From the NCBI GenBank assembly GCA_965227515.1, contig CBDDFZ010000002.1, forward strand, positions 768,001-832,000: a stretch of 64,000 nucleotides of DNA. The letters are read 5' to 3'. The notes beneath the pieces were generated by a model. It did not search any database, was not told the origin of the DNA, and saw nothing but the letters and a program-made list of their open reading frames with translations. Each line of letters opens with the position of its first letter. Position 1 is the stretch's first letter. The DNA comes from Alphaproteobacteria bacterium (GTDB taxonomy: Bacteria; Pseudomonadota; Alphaproteobacteria; CALKHQ01). A program made the translations under genes and the position numbers. Positions 11,792 through 20,009 of this stretch are shown one piece after another.

Positions 11792-12627
11792 GCGAACAGG
11801 TGGAACGCAGCCATGAAATGGGGATGCACACCGAGCAGTTGCGCGGGCGCACCCAGCAGATGTTCTTCGAGCCGGATGCGGACGAGAATTTCCTCTATCC
11901 GGATGCGCTGGACGTCGACTTCAACAAGCGCGCCGAATTCGATGCCGAGGATCTGACGACCCGCGAGGTCAACCAGAAGATCCGCGCGCTGATGGAGGAC
12001 GGCCACGGCACCATCGTGATCAAGAACCCGATGGCGCGGCACTCTCTGGGCGTCGGCATCCTCAACCGGCTGAACCTCTATTTCGAGGGCAGCCTGGGCT
12101 ATTTCGGCGTCGGGCTGATCGACGGGCCGAACGTGCGCATCTCGGGCCGCGTCGGCTGGTCGTGCGCGGAGAACATGATGGCGGGCACCGTCATCATCGA
12201 GAAGAACGCCGGCTCGCAGTTCGGCGCCGCCATTCGCGGCGGCGACCTGGTCTGCAAGGGCCAGGTGGGCGGGCGCACCGGCATCGACATGAAGGGCGGC
12301 ACCATCATCGTCGGCCGCGACACGGGCGCCTTCTCCGGCTTCATGATGCAGCGCGGCCGCATGGTGGTGTGTGGCAATGCCGGCCATAATTTGGGCGACA
12401 GCATGTACGACGGCACCATCTTCGTCGGCGGCGAGATCGCCTCGCTGGGCGTCGACGCGGTGGAGGCGGAGCTGACCGACCTGGACCGCGGCTGGCTCGA
12501 CCGCAAGCTGTCGCAGTACGACCTGAAGCCGGACAAGGGCGTCGACCACTTCACCAAGATCGTCGCCGGCAAGCAGCTTTGGAACTACGACAATCTGGAG
12601 CCGACCGAGAAGAAGCTGATTTTGTAG
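11779..12627 (+). CDS. glxC: GltB/FwdC-like GXGXG beta-helix protein (GlxC/MgsB-like)
   Basis: Repeated G-x-x-G segments, AENMMAGTVII, GIDMKGGTIIVG, GFMMQRG, LGDSMYDG. Confidence 0.85.
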   Translation: MADLSEQVERSHEMGMHTEQLRGRTQQMFFEPDADENFLYPDALDVDFNKRAEFDAEDLTTREVNQKIRALMEDGHGTIVIKNPMARHSLGVGILNRLNLYFEGSLGYFGVGLIDGPNVRISGRVGWSCAENMMAGTVIIEKNAGSQFGAAIRGGDLVCKGQVGGRTGIDMKGGTIIVGRDTGAFSGFMMQRGRMVVCGNAGHNLGDSMYDGTIFVGGEIASLGVDAVEAELTDLDRGWLDRKLSQYDLKPDKGVDHFTKIVAGKQLWNYDNLEPTEKKLIL

Positions 12628-12635
12628 CCACGCAT

Positions 12636-12740
12636 CGTCATGGCCGGGCTTGTCCCGGCCATCCACGACTTGCCGATCCGGCCGAGGCGCCGGGAGGGCG
12701 CAAACAAGACGTGGATGCCCGCAACAAGTGCGGGCATGAC
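12636..12740. repeat. CGTC-tagged palindromic element, family A
   Basis: CGTCATGGCCGGGCTTGTCCCGGCCATCCACG...CGTGGATGCCCGCAACAAGTGCGGGCATGAC. Confidence 0.9.
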
Positions 12741-12817
12741 CGAGAGTGGGGATGCAACAGCGCGTCAAGGCGGCCCACTAACGGCCGCGCCCACGTCAGT
12801 GGGGAATGGAGGTGCAT

Positions 12818-14194
12818 ATGTCCGAACGTCCCGTGCCGGTGGAGACCCCGGCGCCGAAGAAAACCAAGCGGAACACCCATCGGCTGGGCAACAGCTTCAT
12901 GTTCCCGCCCCATGTGGTCGACGACATCCACATCAAGGCGGAGCTTGGCCGCTACCGCATGCGCGGCTTCTCGCTGTTCAAGAAGATCCCGACCTGGGAC
13001 GACCTGACATTCCTGCCCGGCACGCTGACCCGCTTCGTCATCGAGGGCTATCGCGAGAAGTGCGAGACCAAGACCGTGCTCGGCCCCAAGGCCAAGCGCC
13101 CGCTGGTGCTCGACATTCCGATCTACATCACCGGCATGAGCTTCGGCGCGCTCTCCTATGAGGCGAAGACGGCGCTGGCGCGTGGCGCCACCATGGCCGG
13201 CACCGCCACCTGCTCCGGCGAGGGCGGCATGATCCCGGACGAGCGGCGCTATTCGTCGAAGTGGTACTACCAGTGCATCCAGTCGCGCTACGGCTTCAAC
13301 CCGCACCACTTGAAGCTCGCCGACGCGGTGGAGTTCTTCATCGGCCAGGGCTGCAAGGTCGGCCTGGGCGGCCACCTGATGGGCCAGAAGGTCACCGACC
13401 AGGTGGCCGAGATGCGCTCGCTGCCAGCCGGCATCGACCAGCGTTCGCCGGCCCGCCATCCCGACTGGCTTGGCCCCGACGACCTGGCGCTGAAGATCGA
13501 GGAAGTGCGCGAGGCGACCAACTGGGAAATCCCGATCCAGCTCAAGCTGGGGGCCGCCCGCGTCTATGACGACGTGCGCATGGCCGCCAAGACCGGCCCG
13601 GACATCATCTACATGGACGGCATGGAGGGCGGCACCGGCGCCGGCCCGCATCTGGCGACCGAGGAGACCGGCGTGCCCGGCATCGCCGCGATCCGCCAAG
13701 CCCGCCGCGCCATCGACGACGTCGGCAAGTCGGGCGAGATCAGCCTGGTTTACGCCGGCGGCATCCGCAATGGCGGCGATGTCGCCAAGGCGCTGGCGCT
13801 GGGCGCCGACGCGGTCGCCATCGGCCACTCGTCGCTGATGGCGCTGAACTGCAACAAGGACATCCCGGAGGCCGACTACGAGGCCGAGATGGGGGTCGAG
13901 GCCGGCACCTGCTACCACTGCCACACCGGGCGCTGCCCGGTCGGCGTCGCGACCCAGGACCCGAAGCTGCGCGCGCGGCTGGACCCGGACGACGCGGCGG
14001 AGCGGGTCTACAACTTCCTGCACACGCTGGCGATCGAGTGCCAGATGCTGGCGCGGGCCTGCGGCAAGACCTATGTCCACAGCCTGGAGCCGGAGGACCT
14101 GGCCGCGCTGACCATGGAGGCTTCGGCCATGGCCGGCGTGCCGCTGGCCGGCACCGACCACACCGTCGGCGTCGAGGACTATCATCATCTGTAA
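12818..14194 (+). CDS. glxD: FMN-binding glutamate synthase family protein (GlxD/MgsC-like)
   Basis: [77 protein letters not shown] Fe-S motif. GGAGG RBS. Confidence 0.9.
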   Translation: MSERPVPVETPAPKKTKRNTHRLGNSFMFPPHVVDDIHIKAELGRYRMRGFSLFKKIPTWDDLTFLPGTLTRFVIEGYREKCETKTVLGPKAKRPLVLDIPIYITGMSFGALSYEAKTALARGATMAGTATCSGEGGMIPDERRYSSKWYYQCIQSRYGFNPHHLKLADAVEFFIGQGCKVGLGGHLMGQKVTDQVAEMRSLPAGIDQRSPARHPDWLGPDDLALKIEEVREATNWEIPIQLKLGAARVYDDVRMAAKTGPDIIYMDGMEGGTGAGPHLATEETGVPGIAAIRQARRAIDDVGKSGEISLVYAGGIRNGGDVAKALALGADAVAIGHSSLMALNCNKDIPEADYEAEMGVEAGTCYHCHTGRCPVGVATQDPKLRARLDPDDAAERVYNFLHTLAIECQMLARACGKTYVHSLEPEDLAALTMEASAMAGVPLAGTDHTVGVEDYHHL

Positions 14195-14200
14195 TCACTG

Positions 14201-14315
14201 CGTCATTGCGAGGAGCGGCACGCACGTGGCGCGACGTGGCAATCCAGAGCAACGTTGGAAACGCCAAGACAATCGCCTGGATTGCCGCGCCGGTTGACAC
14301 CGGCTCGCAATGACG
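14201..14315. repeat. CGTC-tagged palindromic element, family B
   Basis: CGTCATTGCGAGGAGCG...GGCAATCCAG...CTGGATTGCCGCG...CTCGCAATGACG. Confidence 0.88.
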
Positions 14316-14335
14316 ACGGAGAGGGGAAAACCACC

Positions 14336-14752
14336 ATGGCAGGCAAGGGCGGATACAAGGGTAGTGGCGAGGACGGCAGCGTCGACCGGTTCATGACATC
14401 GGCGGGGCTGGACTCCGAGCGCGAGAAGGAAATCGGCCAGCACATCGGCTACCGCTACGATGTGAACCTGTTGCCGGATTACGACCGGCTGACCCCGTTC
14501 CTGAAGACCTACATGGAGACGATGGGTTGGGACGACCTCAACTGGCTGGAGGACGTCCACATGGGCTACGAGGAAGGCCGCCCGGCTGTCTTCGACCGCA
14601 ACATCAACGGATGGGTCACCATCCCGGAGAGCATCGACCTGCCGGACAACCAGCAGGATCGCGACATGATCGCGCGCGAATTGCTGGTCAAGTTCCAGAT
14701 GTCGCCGCGCCACCCGATGGTCGACCTGAACAAGGCCTATCGGAAGTTCTAA
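14336..14752 (+). CDS. Hypothetical soluble protein (138 aa) following glxD
   Basis: GGAGAGGGG RBS and host-like GC3 codon usage; no motif recognised. Confidence 0.8.
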   Translation: MAGKGGYKGSGEDGSVDRFMTSAGLDSEREKEIGQHIGYRYDVNLLPDYDRLTPFLKTYMETMGWDDLNWLEDVHMGYEEGRPAVFDRNINGWVTIPESIDLPDNQQDRDMIARELLVKFQMSPRHPMVDLNKAYRKF

Positions 14753-14907
14753 GCCTAACGACGACGCAGGCGCGCGCACCGGATTGCGTGCCCGCCCGTT
14801 CACACGACTTGCCAGACGTGGCGGTCTCGGTCACCCTGTCGCTCAGTCTGACTTGACCGGGCGACCCCGCGCCACTGTCGCTGGGGCTGCCCTGGAGCGG
14901 GCGGCAT

Positions 14908-15276
14908 ATGGACCGGCACGGACTATCCGAGCAGTACACGCGCGCATGGCTCGACGCGGATATCGACGCGTGCCTCGCGGCGATGGCGGTCGATTTCGAG
15001 TTCCCCAATCCGCGGGTCGGCATCGTGACCAAGGCCACGTTTCCCGCCTATTTCGAAAGTTTGATGGAGCTGATCGAGCGCTTCGGCGGACGCCAGCCCG
15101 GCGAGCCTTGGATGGTGCTGAGCGACTTTGTCAGCAAGGACAACGGTGTGGAGCTGACCAACTGGACGTGGTGGCGGGTGCCGGGCACCTTGCTGGAGGG
15201 CGCCGGCCTGAACAAGGTGGCCGACCGTGGTGTCACCTTGCATCGCCTGGCGATCGCCATGCCGCCGGACGCCTGA
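14908..15276 (+). CDS. NTF2/SnoaL-like protein
   Basis: YTRAWLDADIDACLAAMAVDFEFPNP pattern and size are typical of SnoaL-like folds. Confidence 0.6.
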   Translation: MDRHGLSEQYTRAWLDADIDACLAAMAVDFEFPNPRVGIVTKATFPAYFESLMELIERFGGRQPGEPWMVLSDFVSKDNGVELTNWTWWRVPGTLLEGAGLNKVADRGVTLHRLAIAMPPDA

Positions 15277-15283
15277 TTGGCCT

Positions 15284-15928
15284 CTAGTCTTCTTCTTCCC
15301 GCTCCGGCCAGTCGAAGGCATCGAGCTGGCCCATGCTGACCCAGCCATCGGCCTCCACGTCGACAGCCCAGAATGCATAGGTGGTGACCTGGTCGCGCGG
15401 GTTGGTTTCGCTGGTCCAGAACTCGACCGACACGCCACCCTCGCGCACATCCAGGATCCGCGGGCCGCTGGGCACGGGGCCGTCATGCCCCGGGATCGGC
15501 ATCTCGTCGGCGACGATCATCGCGAACGGAAACAGCACTTCGCGGACGAAGGCCCACGCCATGGCGTGGCGGCGATGCGCATCGGCCGCATACCAACCGG
15601 CGTTGCGGATCAATACGGTGCCGGCATAGACCGTGTCGCCGATCCACACCCCATCCTGCACGAACCCGTTCGCGAAGCAGCCATAAGGCATCATGTTGTC
15701 GCCCACCGCCCACACGTCGAAAAATTCCGACGCCTGCAGGCAGATCTCGGCGTTGTCCATGCCCTGGCCGGTGCCCTCGCGATAGGCATCGCGCGCGGCG
15801 TCCATCGCGGCCAATGTGGCCGGGTCGGAGTCGCCGTCCGGCCCGGCCGCGACCGCGGCGCTCGCTGTGGTCGCAAGAACGGCGGAAGACACAACGAGCA
15901 GCTTCATCCATGTGGTCATCTTGGCCAT
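15284..15928 (-). CDS. Hypothetical secreted protein
   Basis: Signal peptide (KLLVVSSAVLATTASAAVA), GAGGGGG RBS, acidic mature region. Confidence 0.7.
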   Translation of the reverse strand: MAKMTTWMKLLVVSSAVLATTASAAVAAGPDGDSDPATLAAMDAARDAYREGTGQGMDNAEICLQASEFFDVWAVGDNMMPYGCFANGFVQDGVWIGDTVYAGTVLIRNAGWYAADAHRRHAMAWAFVREVLFPFAMIVADEMPIPGHDGPVPSGPRILDVREGGVSVEFWTSETNPRDQVTTYAFWAVDVEADGWVSMGQLDAFDWPEREEED

Positions 15929-16111
15929 ACGGCATCCCCCTCAAATGAAATTACACCCGATGGGAAGCGTGGCTGAAAAAACAGGCAAAAATTGTTGCTG
16001 GAATGTGACGATGTTGTATCGTTCTCATCGGTCCGGACTTCGGCGCCACTCTGTCTGAGCATTCCGAATGTGCAACTGTTCTGGTTGCGGCGCCGTACGA
16101 CAACACGAATA

Positions 16112-16126
16112 CCAATGACTGGACCA
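16112..16126. promoter_or_regulatory. Putative GntR operator upstream of amt
   Basis: CCAATGACTGGACCA (reverse complement TGGTCCAGTCATTGG) is similar to the 6813/9068 motif. Confidence 0.4.
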
Positions 16127-16186
16127 ATCGGGCGAGGCGCGGCTTGTCGATGATCAGTCGGGGGCCGATCGCAGAGGGGCAAATCG

Positions 16187-17572
16187 ATGGATAATGAGCT
16201 TGGAGCGCTAACAACGGTCTTCACCGAGTTCTACTATTGGTTGACCGTGGCGTTGATGTTCCTGATTCACGTCGGCTTCTGTATGTACGAGGTCGGTGCG
16301 TCGCGTCAGAAGAACATGATGCACACGCTGATGAAGAACACGATGCTGATCCCGCTGGTCACCGTCACTTTCTTCTTGTTCGGTTGGTGGATTTATTGGG
16401 CTTTCCCCAACGGCATCCCGTGGATCACCGGCGAATATCCGGCCGACTATGCCGACCTGTACACACCGTGGTCGGAATGGATGGGCCCGAACAATCAGGA
16501 CCACATCTCCGGCGTCTTCTGGGCAGCCTTCCTGCTGTTCTCCTGGACCGCCGCATCCATCGTTTCCGGCTCGGTGATCGAGCGGATCCGGTCGGGCTCG
16601 TTCTGGATGATCGCCGTACTGGTCGGTTCGGTCACCTGGGTGATCGATGCCTCGTGGGGTTGGCACGCCGACGGCTGGATGGTGACCGAGCTCGGCTACC
16701 ACGACGCCTATGCTTCGGGCGTGATTCACGCAATTGCCGGCGGTGCCGCCCTTGCGGTCTTGATTGTACTCGGTCCGCGCATCGGCAAGTTCAAGAAGGA
16801 TGGCACGCCGCGCAACATCGTGCCGCACAATCCCTGGCTGGTGACCATCGGGCTGTTCCTGATCTACACCGGTTTCTGGGGCTTCTACGTGGCCTGTAAC
16901 GTGCCGATCATCGACAGCGACACCATTGGGTCGACCGGCGATGGCGGTGTGTTCTACACCGCGACCACCATCTACTACACGCCGACAACGCTGTCGGGCA
17001 TCACCTTCAACTTCCTGATGTCGCTCTCAGGCGGCTTGATGGTCGGCTACATGGTGTCCAGGGGCGATGCGTTCTGGACCTACTCCGGCGGCCTGGCCGG
17101 CATCATCACAGCGTCGGCCGGCAACGACCTCTATCACCCGATCGAGGCCATGATCATTGCCGGTGTCGGCACATGGTGCGCCTACAAGCTGCACTATTGG
17201 GTCGAGCGCAAGTTCAAGGTGGACGATGCGGTGGGCGCGGTCGCTGTGCACGGCTATGCCGGCTTCATCGGCCTGGTCATCGCCGGCTTCGTGCTGTGGG
17301 GCCATCCGTCGACGGCGGGATACCACGAAGAGGTGGCTGTCATCACGCCTTGGGGCCAGTTCATCGGCGCGATCATCATGTTCTTCGTGCTGGGCTTCAT
17401 CCCGGCCTGGATCATGGCGAAGATCCTGAACGCGTTCGGTGTGCTCCGCATTCCGAAGGAAATCGAACTCGCCGGGCTGGACCTGACCGAGTTCGACGGA
17501 CGCTATCTCAGCGAGGCCGAGGTGGCCGCCGCGGAGATGGAGGAAGCGCGCGACGCAGGCCTGATCAAGTGA
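16187..17572 (+). CDS. amt: Ammonium transporter (Amt) family, divergent
   Basis: GFCMYEVG..RQKN, IVSGSVIER, HD..SGVIH, LGPRIGKF, DDAVGAVAVHG, E.AGLDLTE; about 11 TM segments. Confidence 0.9.
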   Translation: MDNELGALTTVFTEFYYWLTVALMFLIHVGFCMYEVGASRQKNMMHTLMKNTMLIPLVTVTFFLFGWWIYWAFPNGIPWITGEYPADYADLYTPWSEWMGPNNQDHISGVFWAAFLLFSWTAASIVSGSVIERIRSGSFWMIAVLVGSVTWVIDASWGWHADGWMVTELGYHDAYASGVIHAIAGGAALAVLIVLGPRIGKFKKDGTPRNIVPHNPWLVTIGLFLIYTGFWGFYVACNVPIIDSDTIGSTGDGGVFYTATTIYYTPTTLSGITFNFLMSLSGGLMVGYMVSRGDAFWTYSGGLAGIITASAGNDLYHPIEAMIIAGVGTWCAYKLHYWVERKFKVDDAVGAVAVHGYAGFIGLVIAGFVLWGHPSTAGYHEEVAVITPWGQFIGAIIMFFVLGFIPAWIMAKILNAFGVLRIPKEIELAGLDLTEFDGRYLSEAEVAAAEMEEARDAGLIK

Positions 17573-17655
17573 TGCAACTGGCGGTGCCGGGCGCCCTGCG
17601 GGCGTTCGGTGCCGCCATCGTTGAATGATGACATCGATTTACGGGAGAGACCGTT

Positions 17656-17886
17656 ATGTCGACCACGCCAGTCGAATCTTGGCAGAACGTCAATGGCGCC
17701 GAACTGGGAGCGCTCTATCCGGGCGTCGGCGCCGAATGGATCCTGGTCATCGTCGCCGTGCTGTTCTGGCTTTGGTGGCACATCGCGCAGATGCGTGCCG
17801 AAGGCCGCACGTTCCGGGAGGAGCAGGCGAAGCTGAAAGACGGCAAGACGCTGGAACGCGCGATGAAGGGAGAGAAGATCTCCTGA
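17656..17886 (+). CDS. Small single-TM membrane protein downstream of amt
   Basis: GGGAGA RBS; GALYPGVGAEWILVIVAVLFWLWWH TM segment. Confidence 0.75.
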   Translation: MSTTPVESWQNVNGAELGALYPGVGAEWILVIVAVLFWLWWHIAQMRAEGRTFREEQAKLKDGKTLERAMKGEKIS

Positions 17887-18024
17887 CGCCTTCTATCATG
17901 TGGCGCGACACCGGCACCTCCACCATTGGCCACCCGGCCGCCCATCGACCCGCATTGACGCGGCGGGCGGGTTGCCAGGGCAAGGTGCCGGTACGCATTC
18001 GGCCAGTGGCGCGGCCGAAACAGG

Positions 18025-18390
18025 TCAGTTGCAACCAGGCTCGCGCAGGTCATTGATGCGGTCGACTGCTTGTTGCAGGCGGGCGAACACCACAACTTCC
18101 GTACCCATGCCCACGATCAACGCCTGGACTGCCTCGCGGCGCCATTTCCACAAGTCATCCGTCGCTGTGTAGCCGTCGATCTGCGCCTGCAGCGACTGCG
18201 TCGCCTGGCGCACGCGCGAAACGTCGCCGCTCTCGAAACCGTCTGAGAAGATCGCGTCGATGCGGTCCGCGTACTGGTTATACGCCTGGGCCGGTGCGTC
18301 GCAGGCGGCAAAGGCGGCCTGCCCGCCGCCCGCAAGGGCTGCGGTGGAGACGGCGAGGGCGGCTAAGGTGCGGCGGACATTGCGGGGCAT
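18025..18390 (-). CDS. Hypothetical secreted helical protein
   Basis: AAAAGGAA RBS; signal peptide ending in AFA; two Cys at the ends of the mature protein. Confidence 0.7.
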   Translation of the reverse strand: MPRNVRRTLAALAVSTAALAGGGQAAFAACDAPAQAYNQYADRIDAIFSDGFESGDVSRVRQATQSLQAQIDGYTATDDLWKWRREAVQALIVGMGTEVVVFARLQQAVDRINDLREPGCN

Positions 18391-18624
18391 GGTCGGGCTT
18401 CCTTTTGGTGGTGTTAGCTGTGGCTGTCCCGGCTTCTACGTGCCGCCATGCCGCACCCTGCGCGCGCCGAGACGAATGCCCTTGAATTGCCCAAACCGTC
18501 CAGGTGCAGCCGCATTTCCAGGTGCCGCGACCTGCCGCACCAGAAGGTGTTCACCCCCGCGCCCGACTGTGCGACAAGCCAACTGAGATAAGAACGCGGG
18601 AGGGGACATAGGCCCATGTGCGCC

Positions 18625-20007
18625 ATGCAGACAACCTACAGCCCGGTCGACGGGCGTGTGGTGGCGGAACGGGAGCAGGCGGATGCGGCTGCGCTGGACG
18701 CCGCCGTGGCCAAGGCGCGCCGGACGCAGGCCGACTGGCATGCGACACCGGTCGCCGAGCGCGCGCGTGCCGTGACCGCCATGGTCGACGCCTTCCTGGC
18801 CGAAGCGGACGCGGCGGCCGAAGAGATCACCTGGCAGATGGGCCGCCCGATCAGCCATGCCCCGGGCGAGCTGCGCGGGTTCGAGGAGCGGGCGCGCCAC
18901 ATGATCGCGATCGCGCCAAAGGCGCTGGCCGATATCGAGGCCGACCTGCAACCAGGTTTCCGCCGTTTCGTGCGCCGCGAGCCGCTGGGTGTGGTGGCGG
19001 TGATCGCCCCCTGGAACTACCCCCTGCTGACCTCGGTCAACGCGGTGGTGCCAGCGCTGATGGCCGGCAACGCCGTTATCCTGAAGCCCTCCCACCAGAC
19101 GCCGCTGTCGGGCGAGCGATACGCCAGGGCGGCGGCCGCCGCCGGCCTGCCGGACGGGCTGGTGCAGGTGCTGCATCTCGACCATGCAGGTGCGGCGGCC
19201 CTGGTTGGGCACGAGGGCGTCGACTTCGCCTGCTTCACCGGCTCGGTCGAAGGTGGCCATGCCGTCCAGCGCGCGGCGGCCGAGCGGTTCATCGGCGTCG
19301 GGCTGGAGCTCGGCGGCAAGGACCCGGCCTATGTCCGTGCCGACGCCAATTTCGAACATGCGGTGGAGAACGTGGTCGACGGCGCGTTCTTCAATGCCGG
19401 CCAGTCGTGCTGTGGGATCGAGCGGGTCTATGTCGACGCCGGCATCTACGACCGGTTCGTGGAGGCGGCGGCCGACCTGGTCGGGCGCTACGTGCTGGAC
19501 GATCCCACCAAAGCCGAAACGAACCTCGGCCCGATGGTGCGGGCCGGCGCCGCCGACGTGGTGCGCAAGCAGGTCGCCGATGCACGCGCCGCCGGTGCCC
19601 GCGCGCTCGTCGACACCAGCCGATTTGCCGCCGACACCGGGGAGGGCCCCTATCTGGCGCCCCAGGTGCTGGTCGATGTCGACCACACGATGGCGGTGAT
19701 GCGCGAGGAGAGCTTCGGCCCGGTGGTCGGGATCATGAAGGTGGCGTCCGACGACGAGGCGGTGGCGTTGATGAACGACAGCGACTATGGGCTCACGGCG
19801 TCGATCTGGACCAGCGATGCCGACGCCGCCCTGGCCATCGGCGAACGGGTGGAGACCGGCACCTGGTTCATGAACCGCTGCGACTATCTGGACCCGGCGC
19901 TGGCCTGGACCGGGGTGAAGAACTCCGGCCGGGGCGCCACCCTCAGCGCGGTCGGCTACGAGCACCTGACCCGACCGAAGAGTTTTCACATGCGGGTGGA
20001 GGTCTGA
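18625..20007 (+). CDS. Aldehyde dehydrogenase family protein
   Basis: IAPWNYP, LKPS, FTGSVEGG, LELGGKDP, NAGQSCC, EESFGPV. Confidence 0.95.
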   Translation: MQTTYSPVDGRVVAEREQADAAALDAAVAKARRTQADWHATPVAERARAVTAMVDAFLAEADAAAEEITWQMGRPISHAPGELRGFEERARHMIAIAPKALADIEADLQPGFRRFVRREPLGVVAVIAPWNYPLLTSVNAVVPALMAGNAVILKPSHQTPLSGERYARAAAAAGLPDGLVQVLHLDHAGAAALVGHEGVDFACFTGSVEGGHAVQRAAAERFIGVGLELGGKDPAYVRADANFEHAVENVVDGAFFNAGQSCCGIERVYVDAGIYDRFVEAAADLVGRYVLDDPTKAETNLGPMVRAGAADVVRKQVADARAAGARALVDTSRFAADTGEGPYLAPQVLVDVDHTMAVMREESFGPVVGIMKVASDDEAVALMNDSDYGLTASIWTSDADAALAIGERVETGTWFMNRCDYLDPALAWTGVKNSGRGATLSAVGYEHLTRPKSFHMRVEV

Positions 20008-20009
20008 CC

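Noticed and set aside
9209-14194. Ordinary GS/GOGAT ammonia assimilation (glnA, gltB)
   Set aside because: The GS lacks the YEAP glutamate flap, and the three split domains match the GlxBCD/MgsABC organisation with no gltD.
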